Notes: a model not told the origin generated them from the sequence alone. Counted from the first letter of the stretch, positions 1 to 13,762 are shown. The stretch: DNA of 64,000 nucleotides from Kudoa neothunni (GCA_964304625.1 OZ199839.1:9469979-9533978); one strand, 5' to 3'. Numbers and translations: made by a program.

Positions 1-513
1 TATCGGAACCGCTTTTCTATTGTTGTAGAACAATTCCTTCTTTCAGGAACCCTTACAACAGACTTGAGAGTGTAATGGAATTCTCCGATTACTCTATCTA
101 CTGTACTGAGGGATACGGTAACTCCAAACTCGTCCTGGAGCTTTTGTTTTAATTCTTTTAAAGAGATTAATGAGTTTTCATCAATCCAACTGATTATTTT
201 TTCTTTCTGATCAATCGAAAGAAGTGATCGTTTGTTTCCCCTCTAGGTTTTGGTTTGGAGCAAGAGTTCCATTGCTTCTAAACTTAGACAATATCGACCA
301 AACCGTGGATCTCGGTAACCTCATTTCCGAAGCGATATATCTATCCGTTTTTCCACCCAAGCAAAAATTGCATATTTGCTCCCTTAAACCGGCAGAGATG
401 ATTTTTCTTTGTTTCCTTTTAGGTTGCGTATTTGATGTCGATCTAGCCGAATCAAATTGTTCTGAAACTATACATTCTGAGTCACTTGAAACTCCGCACA
501 TATTTAAATTCAA
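1..513 (-). mobile_element. Tc1/IS630-family transposase, N-terminal part, frameshifted; continues beyond the window start
   Basis: ORF 513-211 has an HTH (REQICNFCLGGKTDRYIASEMRLPRSTVWSIL). After a frameshift it continues KKIISWIDENSLISLKELKQKLQDEFGVTVSLSTVDRVIGEFHYTLK, the second HTH typical of IS630/Tc1. Confidence 0.75.
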
Positions 514-715
514 TTAAATTAACAAAAATTTGTTCAAAATCAATGCTTAGCGTTAATCGAGAATGCGCGTTGAAACCTATATCTTGATTGTATAAGTGCC
601 GCGTTTGATTGTAAAAGTGCCGAGTTAGATCGGGAAACCCTATATAAACAAAATAATATAAAGATGGGCGCATGGAACTGAAGGTTATCCTTTAAGGGTT
701 AAGGAGTACGCCGCC

Positions 716-776
716 ATATTTAATTGAATTATATTTAATTGAATTATATTTAATTGAATTATATTTAATTGAGTTA
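716..776. repeat. 15-bp tandem repeat (ATATTTAATTGAATT) x~4
   Basis: Directly visible. Confidence 0.9.
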
Positions 777-967
777 AACAAATTTTATAATAGGCGTTAA
801 GCGCGATAATTTAAATTATAATTATCAAATGAGAAAAATAAGAATCCGACAATTAACCGATTGCATTATTACAATAATGTTCAATATTCATAACAATTGC
901 CTTAAACTATTCACACACCGCCAAGCGCACTTGTAAACTTACACGGACAATAGAATTAATTGATTAC

Positions 968-2132
968 CAATGTAGCGTGACAAAAACAATTACAAATTCC
1001 ATAGTAATAAGTAATTATGGCACCCCCTATTAATAATTAAGCAGCCTAAATTGTTCATAACAAAACATTATTTAAAAGAGGTAACTAAGAGTGGCTGTGT
1101 GTAATCATGACATTGTAAGACAATAATTTACCGAGTCCAATTCAGACAAAGGAGGAACCCTTAGCTCGCTCATGCCTTTTGAACGGTCACCATCTGCGAA
1201 TTCTTTTATATACAGCTCCTAGTAAAGTAATTGAGTCCAACTATACAACAACACAATTATAATCACTTCAATATCAAGGAGAATTTTCTGAGCATTGGAG
1301 TCCACATGGAATTGGGCTTGATTGATCTTGTTGATAAAGAATGCATTTCCACTAGTTACATTCCAATTTTTGTCATGTTTTTTAAGGATTTTTCGAAATC
1401 CAGTGTAGTTAAGGTGCTAATGGGCAATATTAAATAAATAAACAAATCTAATCTACCTGATAGTTAACAAGAATGACTACTGACAAGTAGAATTCAGTAT
1501 AACAATAGGCCAGTGATTTCATTCGCTTTCTGTAGTTAATTTTTGATGGTTGAATATTCAACTCGAGAGGACCTTCAGACTCATGCCCCAAGTGGGTGAA
1601 TGTTTCTAGTTGAGATTGAGTTAACAGTGTAATCGCTCTCCATCAAAAAATATCAAACTTCTAAGAGTCCCTTGAGAGCTTTTGGATTTCATTTCTGCAG
1701 CTAATTGTTTTAGTAGTCGAAGTTCGCGGGTTAGCTCGGCATATTTTCTAGTGGCCTCTGCTAGCTTTTCTAATACAATCGTATAAACATAAAAACACTC
1801 AATAATAGCGTCGACTCACCATTGTAAAAATTGTTTATTTTCTCCAATTCATTTCCAATTATTTCGTAGAACTCCTTCTCCGATTTATCCAAAATTTCCG
1901 CAAATTGAGTCGAATCTGATCCCGCCAAAACGTCAGCTGTTTATTATTAGATTAAAAAATGTGTGCACTTACATTATAGATACTGTGTCGATAAATGACC
2001 TTTTTAAGCATCTATAATTTTAGATTAAGTGTAATGTTGAGAGACTGATTGAAAAACAATCACTTTGTAGGATAGGTATTGAGTTTTCCATTCTGGTGCT
2101 AGAGAGCTGGCCAACGTTTCTTCGAATTTCAT
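968..2132 (-). CDS. XPR1: XPR1/SYG1 phosphate exporter, 5' part (SPX domain); multi-exon, 3' end not found in the window
   Basis: Manual splicing from the ATG at 2132 (exon 1 = 2132-2064) gives MKFEETLASSLAPEWKTQYLSYK|MLKKVIY...ELEKINNFYN|EKLAEATRKYAEL...TEFYLSVVILVNYQ|HLNYTGFRKILKKHDK...DGDRSKGMSELRVPPL. This matches the XPR1 hallmarks MKF..PEW..Y..Y, GFRKILKKHDK and LRVPPL. Exons below ~1130 are uncertain. Confidence 0.9.
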
Positions 2133-3206
2133 TTAGAAAACCTGGTTCCCTCGGGCAAATGAGACTAGTGGTGTAACTTCCAGCCTTCGCTTACACAGGC
2201 GCATGCTCCACTTTATTAAACCCTCACTAATGTGTTGGTATCGACTAGACAACTATAAACCAAATTTTTATAATTTCCCGAATTGTTTCACCGCAATCTT
2301 TAAAAATTAGGATCATTTTTATTGAATTTGGTAAGCTCATCCACAATTATGCTGCATTTTAATGATCTAGCTGTAAGCTGGTATTTGTTTCTGAATTATA
2401 AACCTTAGTATAGATACTTGTTTTGCTGAGAAATAGTTTTATTTTATGGAATAATTTCGAGGCGGTTTTCATTATTTATCGCTAATAGCGAAATCATGAT
2501 TAGTGCTAATACACTAGTTTTAAATTGAAGCATAATCGACAAAGTAGTTAATTTAAAAAATCAACTTTTCCATAATTATAAAATAGTTCGAAATTGTTTT
2601 GTGTGATTGGATAAGATTGATTTGAAATCACATGATGAATTTGTCACTAGGATTGGTGTGGGAAATTGCACAATTAGATTAACTATATACGTGCAACAAC
2701 ACATATCCTACGTGGATTCAAGAATGAATACTACTCATTAATCAAAATATTTGCTTCATTCATTAAGGATTAAATAATCAAGATTCAATTATTTATGCGT
2801 AGTGCAATATTCTTAATTTAATTTACTGAGAGAAAAATATTCTGCATGGATTGATCAATAAATATCACGATATTTAATGTATTTATTAGCATGTTAAAAT
2901 CTAATTTTATCATTGCATATTAAACACTGCAAGACATGCTTCCTCCATTAAGGCAAATTCCTCCGTCCATTATTGTTGATATTTCCGATAATCCTCATCT
3001 CTATTTCTTTTAATCATCTTCTCAAAAGGTTTTCTAAATTAACTAGCTGACAGCGCTATTAAATCAAATAACGCTTGTTCCCAGATCTCAATACTAAACG
3101 TTGTGTTAACTCTTTTGCATACACGCACATCGACCGCTATTTTTAACATAAAATTTGAAATTTTCATTTCAACATTATCTCATCTGCGTTGCCTATGACA
3201 ATTAAT

Positions 3207-3262
3207 AAATAGATAGATGATAGCTAGATAGATAGATAAATAGATAGATAGATAGATAGAAA

Positions 3263-3313
<51 letters not shown>

Positions 3314-3329
3314 GATAGATAGATAGAAA

Positions 3330-3360
<31 letters not shown>

Positions 3361-3365
3361 GATAA

Positions 3366-3416
<51 letters not shown>

Positions 3417-3430
3417 GATAGATAGATAGA
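3207..3430. repeat. (GATA)n/(AATA) microsatellite, ~220 bp
   Basis: Directly visible; it explains the IYLS-repeat ORFs. Confidence 0.98.
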
Positions 3431-3736
3431 TTGTTGGAACAAAATTCTCCTCGGTAATATACAACAGGTATCATAACAATAAATCTAAAAGACCTAGAAA
3501 AATAAGGTAATGCAATTGAAATTAATATAAAATATTGAAAAAGTAATAATGTTCCTTAACGATTGAGTATTGAGTCATTGTTAACCAATTGATTGGCTAA
3601 CAATAAATTATGCTTTAACTAGTGGTGAAATTTTAGTCAAACTTGTTTTCTTTTTTGTTCAGATAATAGTTTACTGTTAGAAAAACAACAAATACAACTG
3701 TTGCAAATGCCATAATTATTATCCTAGAAATCCACC

Positions 3737-3741
<5 letters not shown>

Positions 3742-3775
<34 letters not shown>
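3742..3775. repeat. (TA)n microsatellite
   Basis: Directly visible. Confidence 0.95.
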
Positions 3776-3778
<3 letters not shown>

Positions 3779-4233
3779 AAGAGTTCGATTGCAAAAAAGT
3801 TTGAGAATCACTGCTTTAGGTTACTGAATATTTGTGTTTTTAATCGATTGTATTAAGCATTAAATATAAGAGTTATAGTAAGTCATTTTCTATTACCATA
3901 ATATGTAACGCAAATTTAAAAATACTCATTAATTTTCTTTATATTCTAACAGAAAATCGAGGCATATTTTAATTAACGTAATTGAATAAACTTAAAAACG
4001 AATTTATGAAAGAAATAAAATTCTGAAGCTTATAATGGACTATAAAAATATATAATTTAGCTTGAGATATATCCATTTAAATTTAAAATACAACTAAAAC
4101 TTGAAAAATTCTCTCACTCATTGCTAAAAAAATTGCGATTCTGCGCCAGCTGGTTATAAATAAAAACAAAATCATGACTAAAATTATCAACTACGCAACA
4201 TATACAAATTCTACAATGCTCAAAAAGAGTGAA

Positions 4234-5947
4234 TTATCTTTTTAAAGTTTTGAGTGGATTTTTTCGTCGAATCTTTTTGAAGGTATGAGCTTTACCTATT
4301 CCCTTGACAAGTCTGGCGCTTGGAATGGTGGAAGCATTAGCTTTAAGAGGTTCAGGTATCAAATAATCAGGCACAAATCCCATGCTATGAAGTGAGCTTT
4401 TGGTAGGAACATTAAAATCGTGTTTGATAGCTATTCTATCACTAGGATTTTTCTTGAAATGCTCGTTGAGATACTTTGAGTTGAGTAATTCACGTTTTAT
4501 TTCAGCCCGCCTTGCAGCTGTGATCTTGCTTTTGTTTAACGAAAACAAAGCATCGTTCACCCTGTAACGGAAACCTTCCACAATGTCCACCTTAAAACTA
4601 AATGGTTTCAATGATTGGTTGGCGTTATCACTGAGATATTTTTCCACAGCTTCTAGCAACTGCTTTTCTTGCGGGGAAACCAACGATAAAGCGATTCCAG
4701 TTTCATTGGCACGGGCAGTACGACCCACACGATGAATGTATGAGGTGATCGTGGCGGGAAAGTTAAAATTGATGATATTGTCTACTTTTACAAAGTCTAT
4801 ACCACGACTGCTGCTGTATTCGTTATCAGAGTTTGCTTTTTTGGCAGAAGAGTTCATCGCTTTCACGTTTGTAGATTGGTCGGTAGCAATCAATATATCC
4901 AATTTTCCAGAATTGAAATATTCCACTATATGATAACGAGAGTTGAATGGCAATTCGTTATTCAATACGCATGAATATATATTAAATTTTTTCTAGAAAT
5001 AGTTTCAATTTGAATGCTGTTTGAATATCATCGGCAAATATTATAAATCTTCCCTTTAGAAGTGAGAGCTTGATAAGTGAATATAAAATTAGAAATTTGT
5101 CGCTCTTCTCACACCTAAAACAACAAAACCTTTAGAATCGTTCCACACAAATCTACAATCAAAATACCTACCTAACTACATATTGCGAAAGTTGTAATTC
5201 TGAAGGCAATGGAGACTCATCCGGTTCAACAGATATTGGGTCATCCAAAATCTGTTCGCACAACTCATTAACGTTAGAATTTAAAGTTGCAGAAACAATA
5301 ATAGTTTGGCTTTTATGGTTGTTGCCGCTGGAGAGAATACCAACAAGTTGTTTGATTTCTTCTTCGTAACCGTATCCAAATAATAAATCAGCTTCATCAA
5401 ATACAACCTGCTTCAAATTAGTCAACAACTTTAGGGTCGGTATCGCGTTCAGATAACTCACCATACGACTTGGTGTCCCAATAACAATATCAAAGGTAGT
5501 TTGTTGTTTGGTTGCATTTTTAAGATACTCCTCGAACAGAGTATCATCAACCAAATTGATTAACGATACGTAACGTCTGCTGAATTGAGACAACTCATAC
5601 AAACAGTTGTACACTTGAGCACATAATTCTCGACTTGGAACTACGACAATTGAATGAATATTAGACGATTCGGCTCGGTATTCTTCAGTAGTGGCTCTTC
5701 GCAACAAACATTCCAACGTAGAAATAGCATACATTGCGGTTTTACCGGATCCAGTTTTGGATTTAATCAGCAGATCTTTACCCTTGAGTGCCTTAGGTAA
5801 TGCTTCCTTTTGAACTGTGGTAGGGTTAGACCAGCCGACCTTTTTCAGTGCTTTCAAAATGCGACTATCCACTGAAAATTCTTCAAACCCCATGCCGTAA
5901 CAAACGTTGTATTCCTCGGGTATTTTCGTTGTTGTATCGGAGTACAT
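4234..5947 (-). CDS. DDX56: DEAD-box RNA helicase DDX56/DBP9; 2 exons (intron 5115-5171); apparent +1 frameshift at 4987-4992
   Basis: Motifs PTTVQ, KTGSGKT, VPSREL, GTPSR, DEAD, SAT, RGIDF and HRVGRTAR. Family-specific segments VLNNELPFNSRYHIVEYFN, EGFRYR, EIKRELLNS and VPDYLIP. Confidence 0.95.
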
Positions 5948-7713
5948 TCGAATTGAGGTGCTCCCCCCATCTTCATTTACTCAGCTATTTTTTGTGAATG
6001 ATTTTGTATTTTAAAATATTATAAATTTTTGTTTGAAAATTTTTATTAAAATATTTAATAATAAGAAAAACTGTAATCTACAGTGAAGCCTCGGATTATC
6101 AAACATCCTTGGATTTTTTTTGTGATTGATTTTTGAATTATTTTCATTCGAAAAAAGAGATTAACTTCATTTATGCATAACGGCTGACGACAAAATATTA
6201 ATTAACGAAATTTGTCACCGTTATTTGGTTCCTTTATTCCAAGTAAATTACTGAGTGTTGAAAGCACGTAATATTACAACTTCTGATTAGAACTATCGAT
6301 ATAGACAATCTCTCAGGCGATAATATTCCAAATACAGTACAGTCTCTGAGTTCGATCAAAAATTTTGAGTCAGAAACACTTTTGCGTTTGAACACATATA
6401 AAGGGTATTCAGAACAAATCCATTCACCGCGAAAAATAAAGAAGCAAAGAAATTCTAGAAGGAGATTCACTCAATAAAATTGTGCTAATGTCATCGAAAG
6501 AACACCCTTTATAATCTATCGTACGAGGACCGATAAATATTTATCCTAAGTAGCATGTGGATTAAATAAAGGGTTGTAACCCTCCAATGTTACGTGCGAT
6601 CGAGAACAGAGCGTTATGGCACCACAGCCTTTTGATGCTAACAACGCAGGCTCGAATCAAAATTCAAAGATTGTGTTACATCGTATATCCCATTTTGATT
6701 ATTTTATACAGTAGGTGACGGCTCTTGCGCGTTACCTATCACTCGTGGACACCTGCCGTGATTTAATGACTTACACAATTCTGTTACTAATTAAAGTAGA
6801 TCGAATAAAAGCATAACAATTATACGAAATTATTAAAACCTTAGTTTTTGTTTTAATTCACATTAACTAAGAATTAGCTCAAATTTACGACTCGTGGGCA
6901 CCTGGAGAGAACTAAGCAGTTTAGTACTTTGAAAGAAAAATTTAATATAATGTCAAATTATCAAAAATATCGAATGGAAATATCAGAATAACTAATATCC
7001 TCAATTATTTTAATTTCAAATCCGTTTCCTCTTTAAATAAAATTTTGGGTAATAAAGAATCCATTCAGAAGGCTCCTAATGCAATGAGAACTACATAAAA
7101 CCGTAAAAAATTAAAAACAATTACGATTTCTATGAATAACGCTCTAATTTATTTAAGTAACATGTACAAATTTTTCCGAAAAAGAAATTATCTACGGCCA
7201 TAGATCTAGAAACGACTATTCATGGTATAAGAGAGTCAAAATTATACCAGTAAATATTAATAACGTTTCCAACCTAAAAATCAAATAATAAATGTGATAA
7301 AACTTTGTAGTTATATTATACTATATATATCGTTTAATTATATGCAATTTACACATATCATCTATCTATGAATTCTTCTACTATATAAAGTAGTAGTAGT
7401 GTACGTGTGGGTGTGCAAATTATAATCTTACACAGAAATTTTTTTATACTTTTTTCCTACTGGCGATACTTATAAAAATGTATTTAGGATTAAAAAATAA
7501 AATAATTTTAATATTCCTTAAATTAGTTGTTATTTTAGATGTATACATTTTTTGGGCAGATTAACTAGCGCAATAACCGGATTATTCATGGTTAATCTAT
7601 TTACCTAATCAACGATCGAAAACTATTTATCGAATAATACAGTTCTCAGAATCTAAATTTTTCTATTTTTGGTTTTATTAATATCTGTCCTACTATATAA
7701 AGTAGCAGTGCCC

Positions 7714-7741
<28 letters not shown>
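7714..7741. repeat. (TG)n microsatellite
   Basis: Directly visible. Confidence 0.95.
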
Positions 7742-7744
<3 letters not shown>

Positions 7745-8009
7745 CACAAACTTTCTCCTTATACAGAAACTTTTTAGATTATTTGATTTTCGTAGTATAC
7801 TTTAAAAAATATAAAATTAATTACAAAAGAACCACGGGATTGTCTACTTTCTAACAAAGCACAAGACGAATTTTCGTCTGAGGCAAAAATGCATAATCAC
7901 TAACCAAATAATAAGTTCTATAATGAAATTAAAATTACCAATCTTAACCCAACTTCCAATTATAAGTTTTTGAGATCGCTTCTAAGTAAAATGTACCATA
8001 ATACTGATC

Positions 8010-9279
8010 TTATTTTTGGCAGATACATCTTAAATTTTCTAATTTTAAAGGAGTCTTCTTATCTGAGGATTGGGAAATAGGATTACACATCTGGTACATT
8101 ATATCATGCTCGACGGAACCTTGATACTCTTTTAATTTCTCTATGAATGTCACAAGACTAGGATGTGGCTGTTCGAAACAAGAACGGAAATGTCGGTTGA
8201 AATTTTCTGCTGGATACTTTCTAGTGTTCTTGAATATGCCTTCCAACATTCTAATGGATACTTTGTGCTATTTATGAAGTTTTTTTCAAAATACTCTAAA
8301 AAATGAGTCAAATTGAGGTTTTTAAAGTCAGAAGATTTTTTTTTCAATTTCTCATATTCGTCTTAAACATTATTATTTAATGGGACGAATGCCAAAGATA
8401 TAAAGCATTTTATAAAAAGCATAAAATCAGCATTATTTTGATATTCTTTTGATAATCCCAAGTTCTGTATTTTTCGATATACGCATTGCCCGAAATGGAA
8501 CAAGCAAAAATATATATTTGATTTTGATGCTTTTTTAAAAGCATTAAAAGAACCAACTTCAAAGTCGAGTACTATATTTTCAGGAAATTCCATAAATTCT
8601 TGATTTTTGATAATTTGAAGGATCTTTTCGTATGTTTACTCATATTTACTTGGCATCAAAACATATATTAGAGGAAAAACTCTTTCAAAACTTTTACCAT
8701 GAATGGTGTAAAGTTGGTAAAATTCTCTTGGTGCAACTTGAAAGGTTCCATCAGTAATCCAACAATGAGAATTTTTCAGATGGGCCAAATTATTGTTTGT
8801 TCCGAAAATAATTATTCTATTTGCGCCAGAAGATTCTGTATCGTAAATGCAAAAATTGTCGTTTCGTAATGTGGTTAGGTAACCACAAAGGTTTGTTTCA
8901 GGATTTATTTGAATATTTCTCCTTTTCCGTATGTTTTGGATATTTTTATAAATATGGAAATTTTTTCACCACAGGCACGTCGTTGATATTTTGACTATTA
9001 GAGGCAATACTATATACTTCACTGGTGAAGTAAGATGTACTCTCAACCAATTTTCGTATTTTGTCCTGAAAAAACCCATATTTTTTTATCTTCCGATATA
9101 TTATGATTATGAAAGTTAATTTTTTCAATATTCCGAGTTTCCGAAGAATCAGTTCTTAATCTCCCACGGCACATCCTATTTTGACACTTCAAATATTGAT
9201 ATGTATTTGTAGAATAATCTATCATGTAAAAATAATCTTCAAACAACAGCAAATATTTATTTCTTTTTGTTTTTAACAT
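8010..9279 (-). pseudogene. Mutator (MULE) transposase with FLYWCH domain, frameshifted
   Basis: FLYWCH-like YLKCQNRMCRGRL...FHNH; WITDGTFQVAP..FYQLYTIHG; VLDFE; CLFHFGQ; AENFNRHF...HPSLVTFIEKLK. Spread over several frames. Confidence 0.9.
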
Positions 9280-9657
9280 AGTATAGTTTTTTTTTCTTGT
9301 TGCCGCTCATTTTTTAACGATTTTTACGAACTCGCATCTAGCGCATGCGCGCTCCGAGGTTCTCCTCGCGAATTTTCCTCATGCCTTTATATACAACTGA
9401 AACTTTGAAAGTTTACTCTTTTCTACTTTTGAACGTACTTAAGACGAATTACAACATTAGTTTGTGCGTAGGCGGGCTTTCGATGCAAACAAAGATTTGT
9501 TGCTTAAACGGGAAATTATTAAATTAATACGCATGAATATATTATTTACTTTGCGCGTTTAGTTAAAGTTAAAAAGTTTTTTATTTTTTTTAATAAACAT
9601 AAAATTATGTTAGAACGTTATGATTAAGTAAAACATTGTTAACAAACTTTTAGATTA

Positions 9658-11707
9658 CAGTCGAGATTGGATATTGCGTGGGTTTCTGGGACCAACAAAA
9701 ACCCACGCAATAAAAAATTTTTACGCAATATCCAGACCTTTGCGTGCGCATTGTACTATAAAATATGATTTTTTCGTGTTTACGTCCGATGCCAATTAGT
9801 GAAAATCAAATTTTTATATATAAATATATTATTTAATTAAATGAAATGTGATTTATCAAATTTTGTCGAAAAAGCTTGTAATTTTAGTTTGTCGGAATCT
9901 TTCTCTTGATATTTTTAAAACTCGGTCCATTATGGGATGTAAATCAAACGATCCCGTCGGATCCTCTTTAATAAAAGCTTCCCTCAGAACGTTCACTGCA
10001 TTTTTCATTTGATTAATTGAAATTTTGATGTCTTCAATGATTGATTCTCTATCGTCAGATTCGTCACTTATGGGCAATAAGTCGTCATTATTTTCTTCCT
10101 CATATGTTGCTTCATAATCGTCATCAAACATATTTTCTGAATCTTCGATTTCATCTAGAAAAAATTAATTACGTATACGTTAAATATTACCTTGAGAACA
10201 GTTGCTGATTTGAGGTATCTCACTCACATCTTCTTGGTCTATAAACTGATAATAACTTTATTGTCGTAATTTTATTTAATACCTCCAAATATTTTTGATT
10301 TTTTAAAGCAATTAATAATAATTTGCGGCGGAATACTTTCCCAACATTTAGCTAATGTTATCATTGAGTCAAGCAATGTATATTTTTTTATGATAGAATC
10401 TTCGCATAAAACCATTCGCTCGGTCATTGAACTTTTGTACCTGCTTTTAAGGCAGCGAATGATGCCTCCTAAATCAAGGGGTTGTAAAATACTAGTTGTA
10501 TTTTTAGGTAAGAACAAAAATTTGATATTTTCAAAGCAATCAATATTTTTTGGATGGCCTGGACATTGGTCCAACAAAATTAAGACTTTTCTATTCTGAT
10601 TTATCATCCTTCGGTTAAACTTTTTCATTATTTCGATAAATATACTAGAAGTCATCCATGCACTTTTTTGTGCATAATATTCACAAGGGAGGTGTTTGAC
10701 TCTTTTAAAACATCTAGGATTTTGAAATTTCCCGATAACAACTAATGGGAACTTATCCCCATTTAAAGCTGAGGACAGTAAAACAGTCACCCTTTTTTTG
10801 GATAATTTTTTCCCCTTAATCCCGACTTCCTCCTTTAAAACGTAACTACTATTTTGTAACTGCTCATAATAAAGAGCAGTTTCGTCGATGTTAATAACGT
10901 CTTTTGGATTATATGCTCTAATCAAATCAATGTTCTCAATAATCCATGAGTCGACAGATGCAACATCTGCACTCGCAGCCTCGCCATGGAACTTTTTGAA
11001 AACTATCCCATATCTTGACTTGAACCCTGCAAGCCATCCCTTGCTGGCTTTAAAATTGGAAACTTTGTTTTCATTTGCAATATAAGAAGCTTTTTTGATA
11101 ATGGCATCTCCTGACAGAACGTTACCATTCGACCGTTGTTTAACAAACCAATCATACACTTCATCGTCTATATTTTTTGAATCTGCCTGCCGAATGTCTC
11201 TTCCTTTTACTTTCAATATCTGTATTTTTGAATTTATCTTCGTGCGAAAGAATTCTATCAAGTGTTGAATGACCTTAAATGTGATTTTACAATACTATTC
11301 ATTAGAAGACTACTATAGCACTCAATTTAAACTTGGAAATTGTCATTGATTTCGCACCCTTCAACGTTTTTATTGAATTGTAGTAATGGATGATTTCCAT
11401 TTTCCTCTGAAATATTGCGTTGTTCACGGGACATAATGAAAAAACACTATCTGAATTAAACCAATTGACCACAAAAAACCACGCAATAACGAGTCACGCT
11501 GCGCCTAACAACCACGCAATAAAAAATTTCCACGCAATAACGAGACTTTTTGTATTAATAAATTTTTTTAAATTTTTTGTTAACAAATATTTTTACATTA
11601 CAATAAGATAATAACAATTTGAAAAAACTAAATTTCTCTCTTTAAAGGATAACTTTAAAAATCTCTAATTACGCAATATCCAGTCACGCAATATCCAATC
11701 TCGACTG
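9658..11707 (-). mobile_element. pogo/Tigger DNA transposon with both ends and a disrupted transposase
   Basis: Perfect 23-bp TIR CAGTCGAGATTGGATATTGCGTG with TA flanks. CENP-B HTH (FKASKGWLAGFKSRY) and DDD motifs (NIDET, LLDQCPGH, QPLD). A 36-nt intron at 10155-10190 and a C-terminal PIP-box-like QTKITSFF. Subterminal ACGCAATA repeats. Confidence 0.95.
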
Positions 11708-12037
11708 TAGTTAGTTCACCGACGGGTTGCGTAAAGCGATTAATACGCCTCATGATTTGTAAGAGCTTATGATTTCTTAATGAAAATAAGGTCCAATAAC
11801 GTAGAAAGTGAGGATGATCGGGCCATAGCTGTTTATTTCGATCATGACTGTTATAGAAAGGTCGATAAGATAATTATAATTGACTTTGAACATAAAATGA
11901 CCTTGGTCTATTCCAAACCAAAGTCAGCGTGGTCGGGAAAGGAAACCCAAGCGAAGCGGGGTTTTTGCGCTAGTATGATATAAATTAAAAATGTTTACAA
12001 TCTTAATACTAAATTCTCCAGTTTAATTTACTTTTGG

Positions 12038-12583
12038 GGTTAAAATGTAGAATAGTGGCCACATTTTCCGATTAAAGATTATAATTGGTTCGTAGATTAA
12101 TCCGGAATTTTTTATAACACCTTAGCATGAAATATGTTGAACATTAATGGTAGGTATGAGTGGATTAATTACAATAAAATATTTTTGATCTTAGCGTTAT
12201 GCATTTGATACACTGTAACACCTAATGCGTGCAGATAATACTAATTTCTTATTCTTATAGACATAGAATTAGTAATAGGCAATCGCTAATGATGAAATAT
12301 GATAATCAATAAAAAATCATAGTTGTCACAATCAAATTTTAGGATAAAACAAAGCATGCTTTACTCCATCGATTAAATCGTATGTCCTGTGGAAATAACT
12401 ACGAGGGGCTAGCAGTTATTTAGAGAACATATTATAAAAAGTATTATCGATAACAAATACAATGCCGAAAATAACCTACTGGTGGTGAAACAATGATAAA
12501 TACAAAAAATTAGAATAATCAACAGGTTCGATTTTTATCATGGTCGCCGATTTGGATTACGGCTACTATTCTACATTTTAACC
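12038..12583. mobile_element. MITE (Merlin-like), 546 bp
   Basis: TIR GGTTAAAATGTAGAATAGT(G/A)GCC and a perfect 8-bp TSD ACTTTTGG. Confidence 0.9.
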
Positions 12584-12681
12584 ACTTTTGGTTTTCTATA
12601 TAAGTCTATTCAATACGTGGTAGTCAAAATAATGGGTTTTTCACTACAGTGAACAATGGGACCGAAAGGGTTGATAAATGC

Positions 12682-13762
12682 GGCTAAAATACGACATAGC
12701 GATGAAAGTCGGTGGTAATCGTATCTCTTCGTCGTGCTAAAAAATAGATTATTCTACGGTCGAAATCGATGATATCCTCATAGAAGTCGTCTTCAACCTA
12801 ATTAAGGATCAACCCAAATTAGTATTCTTATCACAGAGATTTGATTTACTGCCAAAAATTCGCCCGTGTGAATCTTGCAATTCAGATATGCTGCTACTCA
12901 GACCATTTTTGCAATATTGGCTCATTTATATTCCGTTGTTATAAATGTAATAAAAAAACACCAGGTAAAAAATGCAGAATAGGGACGTTTTTTGAAGGGG
13001 CGATGTTTACGTTATTGCAAATTTTTTATATAATTTTTGCGAACCTTAACAATACACATATACGAATTACAATACAGTTTTGAGGCAATTAAAGATCTAC
13101 TCAAGAGAAACACTTTTCAACTGGAAGAATTATATACTTGAAATCTATATGGAGTATCATAATATCGAAAGTACTTCAAATGGTGGTTCAGATATTATTG
13201 TGCAAATTGATGAATCCCATGTAAGCAAACGCAAATACCATCGCGGTAGAGTGCTTGTGAATCAAAATGTGTGGGAAATTGGAGCAATCGATGAAGGTGG
13301 AAGCATATTTCAAATCTTAACTGAGGTTAGGAATCAAGCCACACTGGAGACGATTATCTCCCAATATGTGTTGGTGGGATCCACCGCCTGGACCGATTTA
13401 TGGGGTGGCTACAAAAATCTAAACATGGTAGGCTATCATCATGATAAGGTTAACCATAGTATTAAATTTCGAACGTCGGATGCAGTCCATATAAACAGAA
13501 TTGGGGCCATTTGGGGTGCCATCAAGCGCAAGTTCCGCTATATAACTAACAAATAACTAACAAAAAATCGGAATTAATGGGTTCTTACTTGATCGAATAT
13601 CAATTTAAAAAAACAGTTAAAAATGATAAAATTTCAAAATATATATCTTTTATTAACCAAATTTATTTACATTGACAAATACACGGTTTTTTGTGTGTTA
13701 CGAATTTCGCGCCGAATGTTCACGAAATGTAACGACTTTCGTCGCTCTATCGTACTTTAGCC
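12682..13762 (+). mobile_element. Merlin (IS1016/ISXO2-like) transposon, defective
   Basis: ~30-bp imperfect TIR GGCTAAA(A/G)TACGA..AGCGA(T/C)GAAAGTCG. Transposase motifs VQIDESH, KRKYHRGR, WTDLWGGY, VNHS, NRIGAIW (catalytic E appears as G). Contains a frameshift. Confidence 0.9.

Larger units (their letters stand above)
7377..11973 (+). mobile_element. Putative non-autonomous Helitron shell enclosing a MULE fragment and a Tigger element
   Basis: Two Helitron-like 5' ends, TC(C)TACTATATAAAGTAG followed by (TG)n, at 7377 and 7688. A 3' hairpin AAACCCAAGCGAAGCGGGGTTT is followed by CTAG|T at 11970-11974. That the ends belong to one element is inferred. Confidence 0.5.

Noticed and set aside
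3180-3474. Three IYLS-repeat ORFs
   Set aside because: They are translations of the (GATA)n microsatellite.
6081-6115. TA|CAGTGAAGCCTCGGATTATC pogo-like end; also hAT-like ends near 3800 and 61351
   Set aside because: Solo ends with no partner or coding remnant; too weak to annotate.
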